Assembly: GCF_009914755.1 (NCBI RefSeq)
Contig: NC_060927.1
DNA from: the human T2T-CHM13v2.0 reference genome, Homo sapiens
DNA length: 64,000 bases
Direction: 5' to 3' (one strand)
A program made the position numbers and the translations under genes. Under the pieces are notes generated by a model. The model was not told the origin of the DNA and ran no database searches. It was given only the letters and a program-made list of their open reading frames with translations. This document shows, one piece after another, positions 1 to 14,075 of the stretch; positions within the stretch are counted from its first letter, which is position 1; every line of letters starts with the position of its first letter.

Positions 1-3000
1 TCTTATTTCTGAGTTCTCTATTCTGTTCCACTGGTCTATGTGTCTATTTTTGTACCAGCACCATGCTGTTTTGGTTACTGTAGCCTTGTAGTATAGTTTG
101 AAATTGGGTAGCAGGATGCCTCCAGCTTTTTTTTTCCTTAGGATTTTAAAATAGTTTCTTCTAATTCTGTGACAAATGTCAATGGTAGTTTAATGGGAAT
201 AGCATTGAATCTATAAATTACTTTGGGCAATATGACCATATTCACAATATTGATTCTTCCTATCCATGAGCATGGAATGTTTTTCCTTTTGTTTGTGTTC
301 TCTTTGATTTCTTTGAGAGTGGTTTGTAGTTCTCCTTGAAGAGGTCCTTCACTTCCCTTTTTAGTTGTATTCCTAGGTATTTTATTCTTTTTGTGGCAAT
401 TATGAATGGGAGTTCCTTCATGATTTGGCACTCTGCTTGCCTGTTGTTGGTATATAGGAAGGCTAGCAATTTTTTGCACATTGATTTTGTATACCAAGAC
501 TTTGTTGAAGTTGCTTATCAGCTTAAGAATCTTTTGGGTTGAGATGATGGGGTTTTCTAGATAGAGGATCATGTCATTTGCGAACAGAGACATTTTGACT
601 TCCTCTCTTCCTATTTGAATACCCATTATTTCTTTCTCTTTCCTGATTGCCCTGGCCAGAACTTCCAATACTACGTTGAATAGAAGTGGTGAGAGAGGGC
701 ATCCTTGTCTTGTGCTGGTTCTCAAGGGAAATGCTTCCAGGTTTGTTCATTCAGTATGATATCGGCCATGGGTTTGTCATATATGGGTTTACTATTTTGA
801 GGTATGTTCCCTCAATACCTAGTTTATTGAGAGTTTTTAACATAAAGGGATGTTGAATTTTGTCAAAGGCCTTTTCTGCATCTATTGAGATAATTATGTC
901 ATTTTTGCCCTTAGTTCTGTTTGTATGATGAATCACATTTATTGATTTGCATATGTTGAACCAACCTTGCATCCCAGGGATGAAGCCACCTTGATTGTAG
1001 TGGATAAGCTTTTTGGTGGACTGCTAGATTTGGTTTGCAAAATTTTATTGATGATTTTTGCATTGATGTTTATCAGGGATACTGGCCTGAAGTATTTTTT
1101 TGTTGTTGTATCTCTGCCAGGTTTTGGTCTCAGGATAATGCTGGCCTCATAAAATGAGTTAGGGAGGGGTCCCTCCTTTTCAATTTTGTAGAATACTTTC
1201 AGGAGGAATGGTACTAGCTCTTCTTTGTACCTCTGGTAGAATTCAGCTGTAAATCTCTCTGGTCCTAGGCTGTTTTTTGGTTGGTAGGCTATTTATTACT
1301 GCCTCAATTTCAGAACTTTTTACTGGTCTATTTAGGGATTCTATTCCTTTCTGGTTCAGTCTTGAGAGGGTGTAGGTGTCCAGGAATGTATCCGTGTCTT
1401 CTAGATTTTTTAGTTTATGTGCATAGACATGTTTACAGTATTCTCTGATGGTTGTTTGTATTTCTGTGGGGTCAATAGTGATATCCTTCTTATCATTTCT
1501 GATTGAGTCACTTTGATTCTTCCCTCTTTTCTTTTTTATTAATCTAGCTAGAAGTCTATTTTATTTTTTCAAAAAACCAGCTCCTGGATTCATTGGTTTT
1601 TTGAAGGGTTTTTCATGTCCCTATCTCCTTCATTTCCACTCTGATCTTGCTTATTTCTTGTCTTCTGCTAGCTTTGGAGTTTGCTTGCTCTTGGTTCTCC
1701 CGTTCTTTTAGTTGTGATGTTAGGGTGTCAATTTGAGATCGTTCTAGCTTTTTGATGTGTGCATTTAGTGCTATAAATTTCACTCTTAACACCGCTTTAG
1801 CTGCATCCCAAAAAGAATGGTACATTGTCTCTTTGTTCTCATTGACTCCAAATAACTTCTGGATTTCTGCCTTAATTTTATTATTTACCCAGGAGTTATT
1901 CAGGAGCAGGTTGTTCAAGTTCCACGTAATCGTGTGGTTTTGAGTGAGTTTCTTAATCTTGGGTTTTAAGTTGATTGTGCTTTGTGGTCTGAGAGACTGT
2001 TTGTTATGATTTCAGTTCTTTTGCATTTGCTGAGGAGTGTTTTACTTACGATTATGTGATCAATTTTAGAGTAAGTGCCGTGTGGTGATGAGAAGAATGT
2101 ATATTCTGTTGTCTGGGGGTGGAGAGTTCTGTAGATATCGATCAGGTCTGCTTGATCCAGAGCTGAGTTCAGGTCCTGTGAATATCTGTTCATTTTCTTT
2201 TCTCAATCTAACATTTTCAGTGAGGTGTCAAAGTCTGCCACTATTATTGTGTGGGAGTCTAAGTCTCTTTAAAGGTCTCTGAGAACTTGTTTTATGAATC
2301 TGGTTGCTCCTGTATTGGGTGCATACGTATTTAGCATAGTTAGCTGCTCTTGTTGAATTAAACGCTGTACCATTATAATAATGCCCTTTCTTGTCTTTTT
2401 TGATTTTTGTTGGTTTAAAGTCTGTTTTATTAGAAACTAGAATTGTAACTCCTGCTTTTTTCTGTTTTCCATTTCTTTGGTGAATTTTCCTCCATCCCTT
2501 TATTTTGGGCCTATGTGTGTCTGCATGTGAGATGAGTCTCTTGAAGACAGCATACCAATGGGGCTTGACACTATCCAGCTTGCCATTCTGTGTCTTTTAA
2601 TTGGGGCATTTAGTCCATTTATATTTAAGGTTCATAATGTTATGTGCGAATTTGATCCTGCCATCATGATGCTAGCTGGTTATTTTGCATGCTTGTTTAT
2701 GTGGTTGCTTCATAGTGTTACTGGTCTGTGTACTTCAGTCTGCTTTTTTAGTGGCTGGTAATGGTTTTTTCTTTGCATATTTAGTGCTTCCTTCGGGAGC
2801 TCTTGTAAGGCAGGCCTGCTGGTAATATATTCCCTTAGGATTTGCTTGTCAGAAAAGGATCTTCTCCTTCACTTGTGAAGGTTAGTTTGGCTGGATATTA
2901 AATTCTGGGTTGGAAATCCTTTTCTTTAAGAATGTTGAATATTGACCCCCAATCTCATCTGACTTGTAGGGTTTCTGCTGGGAGGTCCACTGTTAGTCTG

Positions 3001-5076
3001 ATGGGTTTCCCTTTGTAGTTGACCTGACCTTTCTCTCTGGCTGCCCTTAACATTTTTTCCTTCATTTTGACCTTAGATAATCTGAAGATTATGTGCCTTA
3101 GGATTGATCTTCTCACTGAGTATCTTACTGGAGTTCTCTGGATTTCCTGAATTTCAATGTTGGTCTGTCTTGCCAGGTTGGGGAAGTTCTCTTGGATGAT
3201 ATACTGAAGTATGTTTTCCAACTTGGCCCCATTCTCCCCATCTCTTTCAGGTAGCCCAGTCAGTCATAGGTTCAGTCTTTTTACATAATCCCATATTTAT
3301 TTGAGGTTTTGTAATTCCTTTTCATTCTTTTTTCTCTATTCTTCTCTGCCTGTCTTATTCCAGAAAGATAGTCTTCAAGCTCTGAGATTCTTTCCTCCAC
3401 TTGGTCTCTTCAGCTGTTAATAGTTGTGGTTGCATTGTGAAGTTCTCATATTGTGTTTTTCAGCTCCATCAGGTCATTTATGCTTCTCCCTAAACTGGCT
3501 ATTCTGATTATTGGCTCCTGTAATGTTTTACCATGATTCTTAGCTTCTTTGCATTGGGCTACAACATGCTCCTTTAGCTCAGTGAAGTTTATTATTACCT
3601 ACCTCGTTAAGCCTACTTGTCAATCATCCATTTCAGCGGCCTCAGCCCAGTTCAGTTCCCTTGCTGGAGAGGTGTTGCGGTCATTTGGAGAAGAGGCAGT
3701 CTGGCTTTTTGAGTTTTCAGCATTTTTGCATTCTTTCTCATCTTTGTGGGCTTATCTACCTTTGATCTTCGAGGTTGCTGAACTTCAAATGGGGTTTTGT
3801 GGGGTCTTTTTTGTTAATGTTGTTGTTTGTTTGTTTTAACAGTCAAGTCACTCTTCTGTAGGGCTGCTGCAGTTTGCTGGGGGTTCACTCCAGACCATAG
3901 TTGCCTTGTTCCTCCCATACCTGGAGGTATCACCAGTGAAGGCTGCAAAACAGCAAAGATGGTAGACCATTCCTTCCTCTGGGAGCACCATCCCGGGGGG
4001 GCACCGACCTGATGCCAGCAAGAACATTCCTGTAGGAGGTGTGTGGAGACCCCGTTAGGATGTCTCACCCAGATAGGAGAAATGGGATCAGAGACTCACT
4101 TAAAGAAGCAATCTGGCTGCTCCTTGGCAGAGCAGGTGCCTTACACTGACCACTCGGCCTCCTCAGAGATAGGAGCATAGAAAGATTAAGTCTGCTAACC
4201 ACAGACATAGTGGATGCCCCTCTCCCCTGGGAGCCGCAGCACCAGGGAATGATGAGAGTTCTGTCCCTAGAACCCTGGCTGCAGTTGTTGAAATTCCCAC
4301 CAGGACACCCCTCCCAGTGAGGAGAGATGGATTGGTGTCCCACTTAAAGAAGCAGACTGGCCATGATCAGACACAGTAGCTGTGCTGTGTTGTGGGGAAT
4401 TCCTCCTGGTCGCTAGTACTGGCAGGCTACAGCAGCCAACTGGAACAGCAGATATGGCAGCTGCCTCTCCCCCTGGGAACTCCATCCATCTCAGGCCATT
4501 TCCAGCCTGCCACTGCTGGCCAGCTGGAATTCCAAGCCAGTGAGTCTTATGAGGTGCCATGGGTGGGGGCCCACAGAATGAGGCTGCTTGGTTCCCTGGA
4601 TTCAGCCCCTTGCCTAGGCAAATGCACAGGATCTCCTGCCTTGCTGGAATTCCTGGGGCTGGAGTATGCAAAACTCCCGGGTTTCCCTAAATGCCCCAGT
4701 GAGCAGGTAGGCAGCCACTCCATCAAGACTCTGCATAGCTCTGTGCTTTGGACCCAAGGCCCTGGTGATGTAGGCTTATGAAAGGATCTCCTGATCCACT
4801 GGCTGCAAAGATCCATAGGAAAAGCATGGTTTCCAAGGAAGGGTCACGCAGTTACTAACCACCTCATTTGGCTGGGGGTGGGGGTTCCCCTGGCTCTTTG
4901 CCACTTATGGGTGGACCATCACCCTACCCTGCTTTTCCTCACTCTCCATGGGTTGAGCCATCCTCCTAGTCAGTCCCAATGTGAGAACCTAGATACCTCA
5001 GGTGCAGAATTCACTCACTGTTTTGTGAGCGCCGTAGATTGCAGCTGCTTCTAATCAGCCATCTCGGCCTCTCTCC
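1..5076 (-). mobile_element. LINE-1 of an older primate L1PA subfamily (about L1PA8-16): 5'UTR, ORF1 and 5' part of ORF2, degenerate, running off the left edge
   Basis: 5' end GGAGAGAGGCCGAGATGGCTGATTAG; ORF1 start near 3741; ORF2 ATGGCAGGATCAAATTCG at 2664. ORF track shows RT/EN fragments ([38 protein letters not shown]) broken by stops and frameshifts. Confidence 0.95.
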
Positions 5077-5270
5077 TGTTCACTTTTCTATTGAGATGTT
5101 CATCTTTTCCTTACTGATGTGTAAAAGCTTTCCATATATGAATATCGGTATTTTGTCTGCCATATAGGCTATTAATACTATTCCCAGTTTGAGTTTAGTT
5201 TGATTTATGTGATTGTGTCATGTACAAAGTTTTGTTTTTTATGTAGTCAAATCTATCAATTTTTACACAT
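5077..5270 (-). mobile_element. Ancient L1M fragment (host of the L1PA insertion)
   Basis: Degenerate similarity to the L1M ORF2 3' region. Confidence 0.5.
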
Positions 5271-6637
5271 TAGCTATTGGGCAGATCTTCCTTCCAAGCC
5301 CTGTTCTGAACCCGAATCGTTCCCTACTCTCTTCTGTCCCCTTTTTGTGTTTGAGATGTCAAAAGGGAAGAGAAAAACCAACATAGATCTTTTTAAAGAA
5401 GAGGAATGGAGTAACACATGAGAAAGGTCTTCAAGATTACTTTTTCCTAATCTTTTTTGTAAAATAAGAGCCCTCCAAAAACCCATGCAAATCCCTCACT
5501 ACTTCGCTCACTCTGACCTAAGCCAAATGCATACATGGCCAAATCAGAGCCATCTGCATTGACTTTCCACAGGCAAAATCCATTTCCCTTGGGAACATCA
5601 GACACAGCATCTTTCACAGATTCCCTGCTCGGTTCCTACTCCTTGTCTGTGCTCTAGTAGTGAATCAGGAAAGACAGTGATTGATTGAAATAGCATATGG
5701 CAGCATCAAATACCAGTTTTTCTGAGTTTGACAGTTTCAAGAGTTGTCGCTAGCTTTCTCTCAAGCTGAAACCTAGTGGTTTTACCTTAGTTTCTTTGCT
5801 GTGACACTCAGAATCAGTTTCGGTCCTCTGTCAGATACATAGCACTCATAAATATTTAAATATTCCAAAGTATTGTCCTGATTCCTACTTCAACCCATGC
5901 CCCCACTGAGCTGACCTAAGCATTCCACTCTATTGACTTGTGTGTGAGAAACTATGGATTATTTTTTATGTTTTCTTTTTCAGTTATTGCAATGCTAAAA
6001 TAGCAAGGTCATGATTTTATTTTCTATGCTGTCTGTGAATGGCCTATAAAACACTGAGCACTGAACTTAATACATGTAACAAAGCAATGGTGAAGAGGCA
6101 ATTCAAAGAGAAGGCAGAGAAGTTCAGAGACCCAACTGAACTTCTGAGAATAGTATTTCAGACTTGGAAGTAAAAGACCAAAGTTTATTTGCTTGTGTCC
6201 ATTTCTTGATCATTAATTATAGTTATTCAATTAATAATTCAGTGTCCTGAACTATTTTGATAACTTCTCATTAAGAGAATCAAAGCTGATAATTAAGGAA
6301 TGAGTCAGAGACCTCATCCACAGAGAGCAAGGGCCCAAATGAACAACATAAAACGTGCATACTTTTACATTCCTAACATGTAAGTGGGCTATGAATATTG
6401 ATAGTACTGAATAGGAGAGACGAAAGTATGAGCTTGCAGAGCCCTGCTTTCTTCATAGCCAAAAATCAATACTACAAAGATGCCCAACATGCTTCAATAA
6501 CTGTTCATCAATTATTTACTGGGCTCTTTTGTTCTAAGTTTCTGTTTACAAGATTACTTTATAACTTGAAATGATTGTTTCCCCTCATATGGCTGCTGAA
6601 TGGGGCTTGAGTTTTTTACAAGATGAACCTGAAGGAA

Positions 6638-6670
6638 TGTGTGTGTGTGTCTGTGTGTGTGTCTGTCTGT
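6638..6670. repeat. (TG)n/(TCTG)n microsatellite
   Basis: Seen directly. Confidence 0.9.
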
Positions 6671-7082
6671 CATCTCATGTTTCAGATCAAATCGGGATAA
6701 CCGCTGTTCTGCATCTTTCTTTCCAGTGGTGCTCTGATGTCCACCAGATAGTTATTAAAGGCCAAGGCATTTACTTGTCCATGAAGAAAGCACAAGAGTT
6801 TTTCAACATTCTGCCAAATCGACAGCTAAGGGCAACAGGAAGCAATGCTTCTCGAGTGTTTGAGTTTGTCCCTTCTTTACTTGCTCAAATTTCTGACTTG
6901 GAAACAAGGAAAAAACATGAAACGATCTAGTCTTACCTGTTCACAATTTTCTATCAGCTGCACGCACTTAAACCTCACGCCCCAGTTTTCAGACAAGGCT
7001 TTTTGGTTTTTCTTTTGGCATGAAATGACTAATTGGACTACAAGTTATTCATAAATGATATACAACTTTATTAAGAGCTGAT

Positions 7083-7322
7083 TACAGTCCATGGGCACTT
7101 GTAAATTCAACGAACTGTGGATCAAAAATACTTGGGGGGAAAGAAAGATGGTTGTGTCTATACTGAACATGTCCAAACCTTTTTTCCTGTCAGTATTCCC
7201 TAAATACAGTATGATGACAATTTATATAGGATGTGCATTGTATTCGGTAGTATAAGTAACCTAGGGATGACTTAAAGTTTATGGGAGGATGTGCGTAGGT
7301 TATATGCAGATACTATGCCAGT
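7083..7322 (-). mobile_element. MER2 (Tigger-family DNA transposon) fragment
   Basis: atggttgtgtctatactgaacatg...gggaggatgtgcgtaggttatatgca matches my recall of the MER2 consensus. Confidence 0.8.
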
Positions 7323-7736
7323 TTGTTCAGGCTAGACTGCTTCACTAAATGGTGAAGTTAGTCAACAGACTAGCATTGGATTTATCCTTGGTCAGTGTGT
7401 CCCTAATAATGCACAAAGAATTTTGTACAGAAGCATTTTCCAGTTTATCTGTGAAATAGGAATTTTTGGTATGGTGTTTCCATTGCCACTTGCAGGAGTC
7501 AATGCTCAACCTTGTATACACAACAACAAGTTCTTGCAAAAATTGAAATGAAAGTAGCTGGCCAAGTAGTGATGGTGGTGGACGAGGGAGTATATATAGA
7601 CCCATAAAAGGGGCAGCTTCTCCTCTGCATCCAATAGTGTCGATGTGAGATAACATAGGCTGTTCAATATTGCCACATCTGCTTGTTTAAGCAACCTTGG
7701 AAATCCACATAACATACGCTAGATTGTATCTGCTCT

Positions 7737-8354
7737 TGTAATCAAGTGCAGGCTTAGCTGTTCACCACTTATAAAACCAGTAACAAGGATGAAGTGTAGT
7801 GAAAGGAAAGTGATTCTATTTCCAGAGCTAGCCGTGGGGAAAACAGCCAGCTCACCCTTTCCGGAACCAATTCAAACTTTCGGCTGGGGAGAAGGGCTTA
7901 AAGAGGGAACTTGGAATGGGAGGCATGGGGGAATGGTGCTGAATACAAGGTCCACGTGTCTTCTTCTGGTGGCTATCTAGAACTATTGTCTACCAGGAGC
8001 ATGGGCGGCTGTCATCTTAAAGCGGCTGGGGTGTGGACTAACCACCCTTGAGGTAATGTCTGGAATTTTGCAGCTGGGTCTCCATGCTTGGTCTGTCTCA
8101 ACATTAGCCCCTGGAACTTCTAAGTAAGCACATAATTAGATAAAAGCATACAGTTAGATAAATGTGCATGGGGGAAAGAAGGAGTGCATAGTGGGAAAGG
8201 GAAGGGAATGGAGTTTCAAAGTATGTTTTGAGGCTATATTTTAAGACTAAGGAAAAGTTTCTACAGTTTATTTTGGGGTTACATCTTGAGACTGGAAAGA
8301 AAGGAGGGGAAAGAAGTTTAAAAGTGCATTTTCAAGCTAGACTGCTCAGTTACA
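7737..8354 (-). mobile_element. Solo ERV LTR, probably ERV1 class; family and strand tentative
   Basis: TGTAA...TTACA termini with a 4-bp TSD CTCT (7733-7736 and 8355-8358). Confidence 0.7.
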
Positions 8355-8584
8355 CTCTCAGGTAGCCTCTGGCATGAGGAGGGGCTGGTGATCTGCCAAT
8401 GAGCACAGTGGTATATGTAACTTACAGGCAGCTTATAGTCCAAGACCAACTACAGAGCAGTTTAATATTTTTAGTGTTGTTCCTGGCCAGGTTTCCTTTA
8501 AATAAATCTTTTAAAATACAAATATTCTTTTAAACTCAAGCAGAAATTCTGTTATGATTATTTTACCCAATTTTAAAATTTTAA

Positions 8585-9786
<1,202 letters not shown>

Positions 9787-11029
9787 TTTTTTTAAAAATG
9801 GGTAGCAACATGATGATATTCTTCATCACTTTGTTGACGTTGGGATAGTGGCAAAGAGCGCAGGTGCTGGATGCAAACAGAATCTGGCTACAGATTTAAG
9901 GCTAGCACATCACCCGGACACCTAGAATACAGAATAGTATTTTAAAAGTACTCTCAGACAAAAATAAATCTAGAATTTTCTCTATCTTATCATGACCGTC
10001 ATTGTATAATTTCCAGTAATAACTCCCTGTGTGAGTTTGGGTCGGTCTAATATCTTGTAGGTCTTAAATTCTCCTCTATGAAATGGAAATACTCATAAAG
10101 GTCTCCCAAATTGAGTAGAAAAATAGGTTTGTAGAGGGATAGAGAATTTTGCCAATAACTCTGAACAGTCTTGTAGAGCCTCCTTAAATGTAATTTATTA
10201 ACAGAGTTCCACCTTTCCAATGTGGAAATGAAGGCAAAGGGGTACATGGTTTGGAGCAGCACATCCGGACATGAGGGAGAGAGAGAAAAATCTAGGTACT
10301 GTTCCTTTACGGAGACTTTGGCTGTGTCCACACAGATACAAGCGGCAAAGGTTTCTCAGGTGTTGGGACTACATGTGCCAGTCAGAGTCCTAACATGCTG
10401 TGACCAACAGCCTCAAAACTGTCCTGGTATGTTTGTTTGTTTTAAATTCTGCAAAAATACCAAAAATTCTCATACCTATTTCCCTACAGGAAAGGAATGG
10501 GAATGATAACATTAAAATACTTCTCAAAGCAAGCCCCATTTCAGGCCTTACTTTTGAAGTAAAAAAGTACACTTTGAAACAACAATGGATGAAATGGCAG
10601 CTTTGAGGCCTGCCATTTTCCCAAATGGACCACTGATTCCCTGGAAGTGGTTTACTCACCAGAGATGTACCTTAAGGTGAAGTACTGTCAAGCCACTGTT
10701 TCATGTACCATAAAATTTCCATATATATATTTAAATACATAGTTAAATATATATATATATATTTAACTCAATACTAAAGGGAGCAAAGTATGCGTAAAAC
10801 ATCATGAGTGTGCCTAAGCTTAATGCTACATAGGTTTGGGAGAAGAAACTAAGCTACCCAAATGTATGTGCCAACTTTGCCATATAGTTCAACATCCCTA
10901 AAGTTAAGTGTTATTTTTAAAAGGAGTTTTTCACGTTTAAAATGTGTAAGCCTAGGTAGGATGTTAACACAAAGTCTTAAGGCATATAATAATCACAAAA
11001 ACATGTATGCCATCAGCAGGATGAATTTT

Positions 11030-11035
11030 TTTACT
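11030..11035 (-). terminator. Candidate variant poly(A) signal AGTAAA
   Basis: Plus-strand TTTACT, with minus-strand GU-rich TGTTTTTGTG about 30 nt downstream. Confidence 0.4.
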
Positions 11036-11153
11036 TATTCATATGATCATAACAAATATTCAAAAATTACGCCAACAAATCTTTCCATTCCTTTCCATTC
11101 CCTCTGCAAGAATAAAATCAAATAACTGTTAGGCTATAAACAACATTAAAGTA

Positions 11154-11159
11154 TTTATT
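11154..11159 (-). terminator. Candidate poly(A) signal AATAAA
   Basis: Plus-strand TTTATT, followed on the minus strand by U/GU-rich sequence. Confidence 0.55.
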
Positions 11160-12383
11160 TTCCCCCTATAAATGTGAAAGGACAGGGATAATTAACTTGG
11201 TGCAGAAACTATGTTTTTGGCATTTCTTAATATATAAAATTCATCCCATATTTTTACAGTAGTATGTACTTTAACAACATTATACATCTAAAATCTGGGT
11301 CAGTCATTCTTCATCTGTTTCATACGTTTCCGCATGACAGCATTTGAGAATATGTGGAGACATGTCTGCTGCAAAATCATTAAGCCAATCAGGACTCAGA
11401 TTTTAAAGAAATAAGATGGCTAACACAGAAGTCACAGAAGTAGGGAAACAGCTAAGTTAAGAAGAACTCATTTACAGTCTAAAAATTCAGCACTGAAAGA
11501 CTCCTGTCTCGGAGTTAAAATCTTTTCATATAATTGGCATAAATTTGATCTAAGAAATAACCCTTGATCTAAATTGAGATTGTTTTATATTTTAAATGAT
11601 TTACCTACATGACTACACAAAAGCCGTAAAAATTCCAACAAGTTTTATAAATATGTTCTGATAGAGCTTTGGTTATAAAATATTGGAATTGATATGCTTC
11701 CTTAGCACTCAGTAAAATGGTACATTGAAGTTAAAACGCTCTCATTTTATCTCTGCTAACTGGAAAATGGAAAGCAAAAAAAAAATAGAAGTAAAAATAC
11801 AATGCACACACAATAATCCAACTATGTCCTTCTATTCTTCAAGGGTTATAAAATAAACGTTCTTTACCAGTTAATCAGTTGATCTCTAGCAGTAATTTTC
11901 TTCACCAGCTAATCTACATCTGCAAATATGTTTTGCCAAAATCTTTTTAGACCCCTTTAAAACCACTTTAATACAAGGACAAAAGGAAAAGTTCAAAAGA
12001 GGAACAGAATGAGGACCCTTTGGAACATACATCCAAGTTCTTTTGTAAAAGCAGAAAGAAAGTGAAGAATGAACATGCCCTTAGTGGTGATCCATTTTGA
12101 AGACTCTGATTTGCTCTTCTCGGATTTTGGAGGTATGCTCCTTGGGAATCCAGAGAGGATGTCAAATGGGTGGTGGCTTGTGGTTATAATTCAATGAAAT
12201 AAAATCACGAAGCAGAGAGGGCTGGGCCAGTTAAGTGAATGCCACCTCTCACAGCTCACATATACAAATATGAAGTTGCTGAAATCCTAGACAATTTTCT
12301 GCAGAGGGGCCATGATGGGAATCCAAGCAAAAGAGCTCCGCCTCCTGCTGCCCCTCCAGGATTGAAGCACACCTCTCTCTTCG

Positions 12384-12395
12384 CTACCGCGTTAC
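12384..12395 (-). CDS. TAFA4: TAFA4 terminal coding segment (V-T-R-stop)
   Basis: Minus strand reads ttttgatttgttttag|GTA ACG CGG TAG, giving the known C-terminus KTTKVTR* after a polypyrimidine tract and AG. Confidence 0.93.
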   Translation of the reverse strand, partial: VTR

Positions 12396-13229
12396 CTAAA
12401 ACAAATCAAAATAAGGGAACATTCAACACTCTATACCCACCGAAATAACCATTCCTGCCCCCGAGACCAATAAGGTCCTGACTGTGAATACTTTATCAGT
12501 TTGTACATTTACCTATAACCGACCTCACCAAATCAACAGTTCAAATTCTGCTTTGCAGCCTAAAAGCAAGAAATATAAAGAATACATGCACAAAGACTTC
12601 CATAAGAGGGTATTATGCAGTCTGGCTTTGTATTTGTGAGGTTATAAAAATCCCATCTGATTAGGTACACTCATCGCCCATCAGTTCATGCATGCTGAGC
12701 ATGCTTTGTTAATGGCACTAGAATTTTTTCAAATAAATGGTTGATTAAAATCAGTGCATGTCAAGATAAAAATGTTGCCTTTTTTATGTTATTTTTTATG
12801 CAGTTAACTTTCACTTTTGAAAATAGGTTATTTTATAAAACTGCTGTATTATCCATTAAAAAGGTAGTGGTTGTATTTTTCAGACATCCAGGCTCATTGC
12901 TTGTGATCTAAGAAAATTGAACAGCAGTTTCTATTCATGTAAGAAATTTTACGTGTTTGTTAGTCAATATACCAGCACAGGTGGAAAAAAAAGCATAAGA
13001 CTTTAACATGCCTACACCACAAAAATATTTTTTCAAAGCAAATTATTTGATAGTATAGTCACCATACCCAGGCTTTAGACCCAATCAGCTATGTATGCAA
13101 ACCTCAGCGTTGCTATTAACTGACATCTGGCCTTTATGTACTCAACAGTATTACTCCCCTTTTGTTTGTGCTGGGTAACTACAGCAAACTAAACAAAAAC
13201 CCTGCCCCCATGGAGCTTACCTTCTAGTG

Positions 13230-13567
13230 CAGGGACTGGAAAACTTTTACTGGAAAGGACTCAATATGGTAAATATTTTCAGCTCTGCAGGCCATACAGT
13301 CACTATAGCAACTACTTAACTCTGCCTTTATTTCATTCACAAAAGTAGCCATAGACAATAAATAAATGAATGGGCATTGCTTTGTTCCAGACTTTATGTA
13401 TAGATGGTAAAATCTGAATTTCATATAATCTTCATGCATTCTGAAATATTCTGTTTTTGATTTTTTCCAAGTACTTAAAAATGTAAAACCCAGTCTTAGC
13501 TCATGGCCCATACAAAAGCAGGCCAAGGGCTGGATTTGGCCTGTAAGCCACAGTTTGCTGATCCCTA
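13230..13567 (+). mobile_element. MER58B (hAT-Charlie) inserted into L2
   Basis: cagggactggaaaac...cagtttgctgatccct termini; degenerate 8-bp TSD ttctagtg/ttccagag. Confidence 0.8.
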
Positions 13568-13569
13568 TT

Positions 13570-14075
13570 CCAGAGGAAGAGGTTGGATAAACAGGTAAAA
13601 TTAATAATATGGGCAATGGAGAAAAGTAAGGTAGTATGATACAGGAAAGAAAGGCTGAGGCAGGGAGGGTAGAGGGCCGCTCTTCTATACAGGATGTCAA
13701 GGAAGGTTGAAGGAGGAGAGGAAGAGTTAAATGCAAGGACTTTGGCCTTTTTCTGAGGTTCAAGGAAGAGATGAGGAATGCATGGCAAGACTGAACTGTC
13801 AACTTAAAGAGTTGTGACAAATAGAACAAAGATGTAAGAGAAAGAGGAATCAAGGACAATTCCAAGATCTTTGGCTTGAGCAACTGAATGATGGAGTTGG
13901 CCATGTTCTGTGATGGGGTAGAGATTGTCTCCCTTTGCCTTAGTTTCTTCATCTGCAAAATAGAGATAATAGTACCTGCCCCCGTCAAAGAGTAAATAAA
14001 ATATGTGACTTGAATGACACAGCCCAGTGGTTGACACATGGTTTGTACTCAGGGAATGGTGGCTATTGTGATGTT
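13570..14075. mobile_element. L2 and MIR fragments
   Basis: L2 motif caagatctttggcttgagcaactg; MIR core ccttagtttcttcatctgcaaaatagagataatagtacct. Confidence 0.7.

Larger units (their letters stand above)
11005..12383 (-). other. TAFA4: TAFA4 3'UTR (distal end approximate)
   Basis: AT-rich sequence with no recognisable repeats after the stop codon. Candidate poly(A) signals at 11154-11159 and 11030-11035. Confidence 0.7.

Noticed and set aside
138-3221. RT/endonuclease-like ORFs
   Set aside because: These are broken fragments of L1 ORF1/ORF2, not a functional or novel reverse transcriptase system.
13224-14039. 271-aa ORF, the longest in the track
   Set aside because: It runs across MIR, L2 and MER58B sequence, resembles no protein family I recognise and has no splice support.
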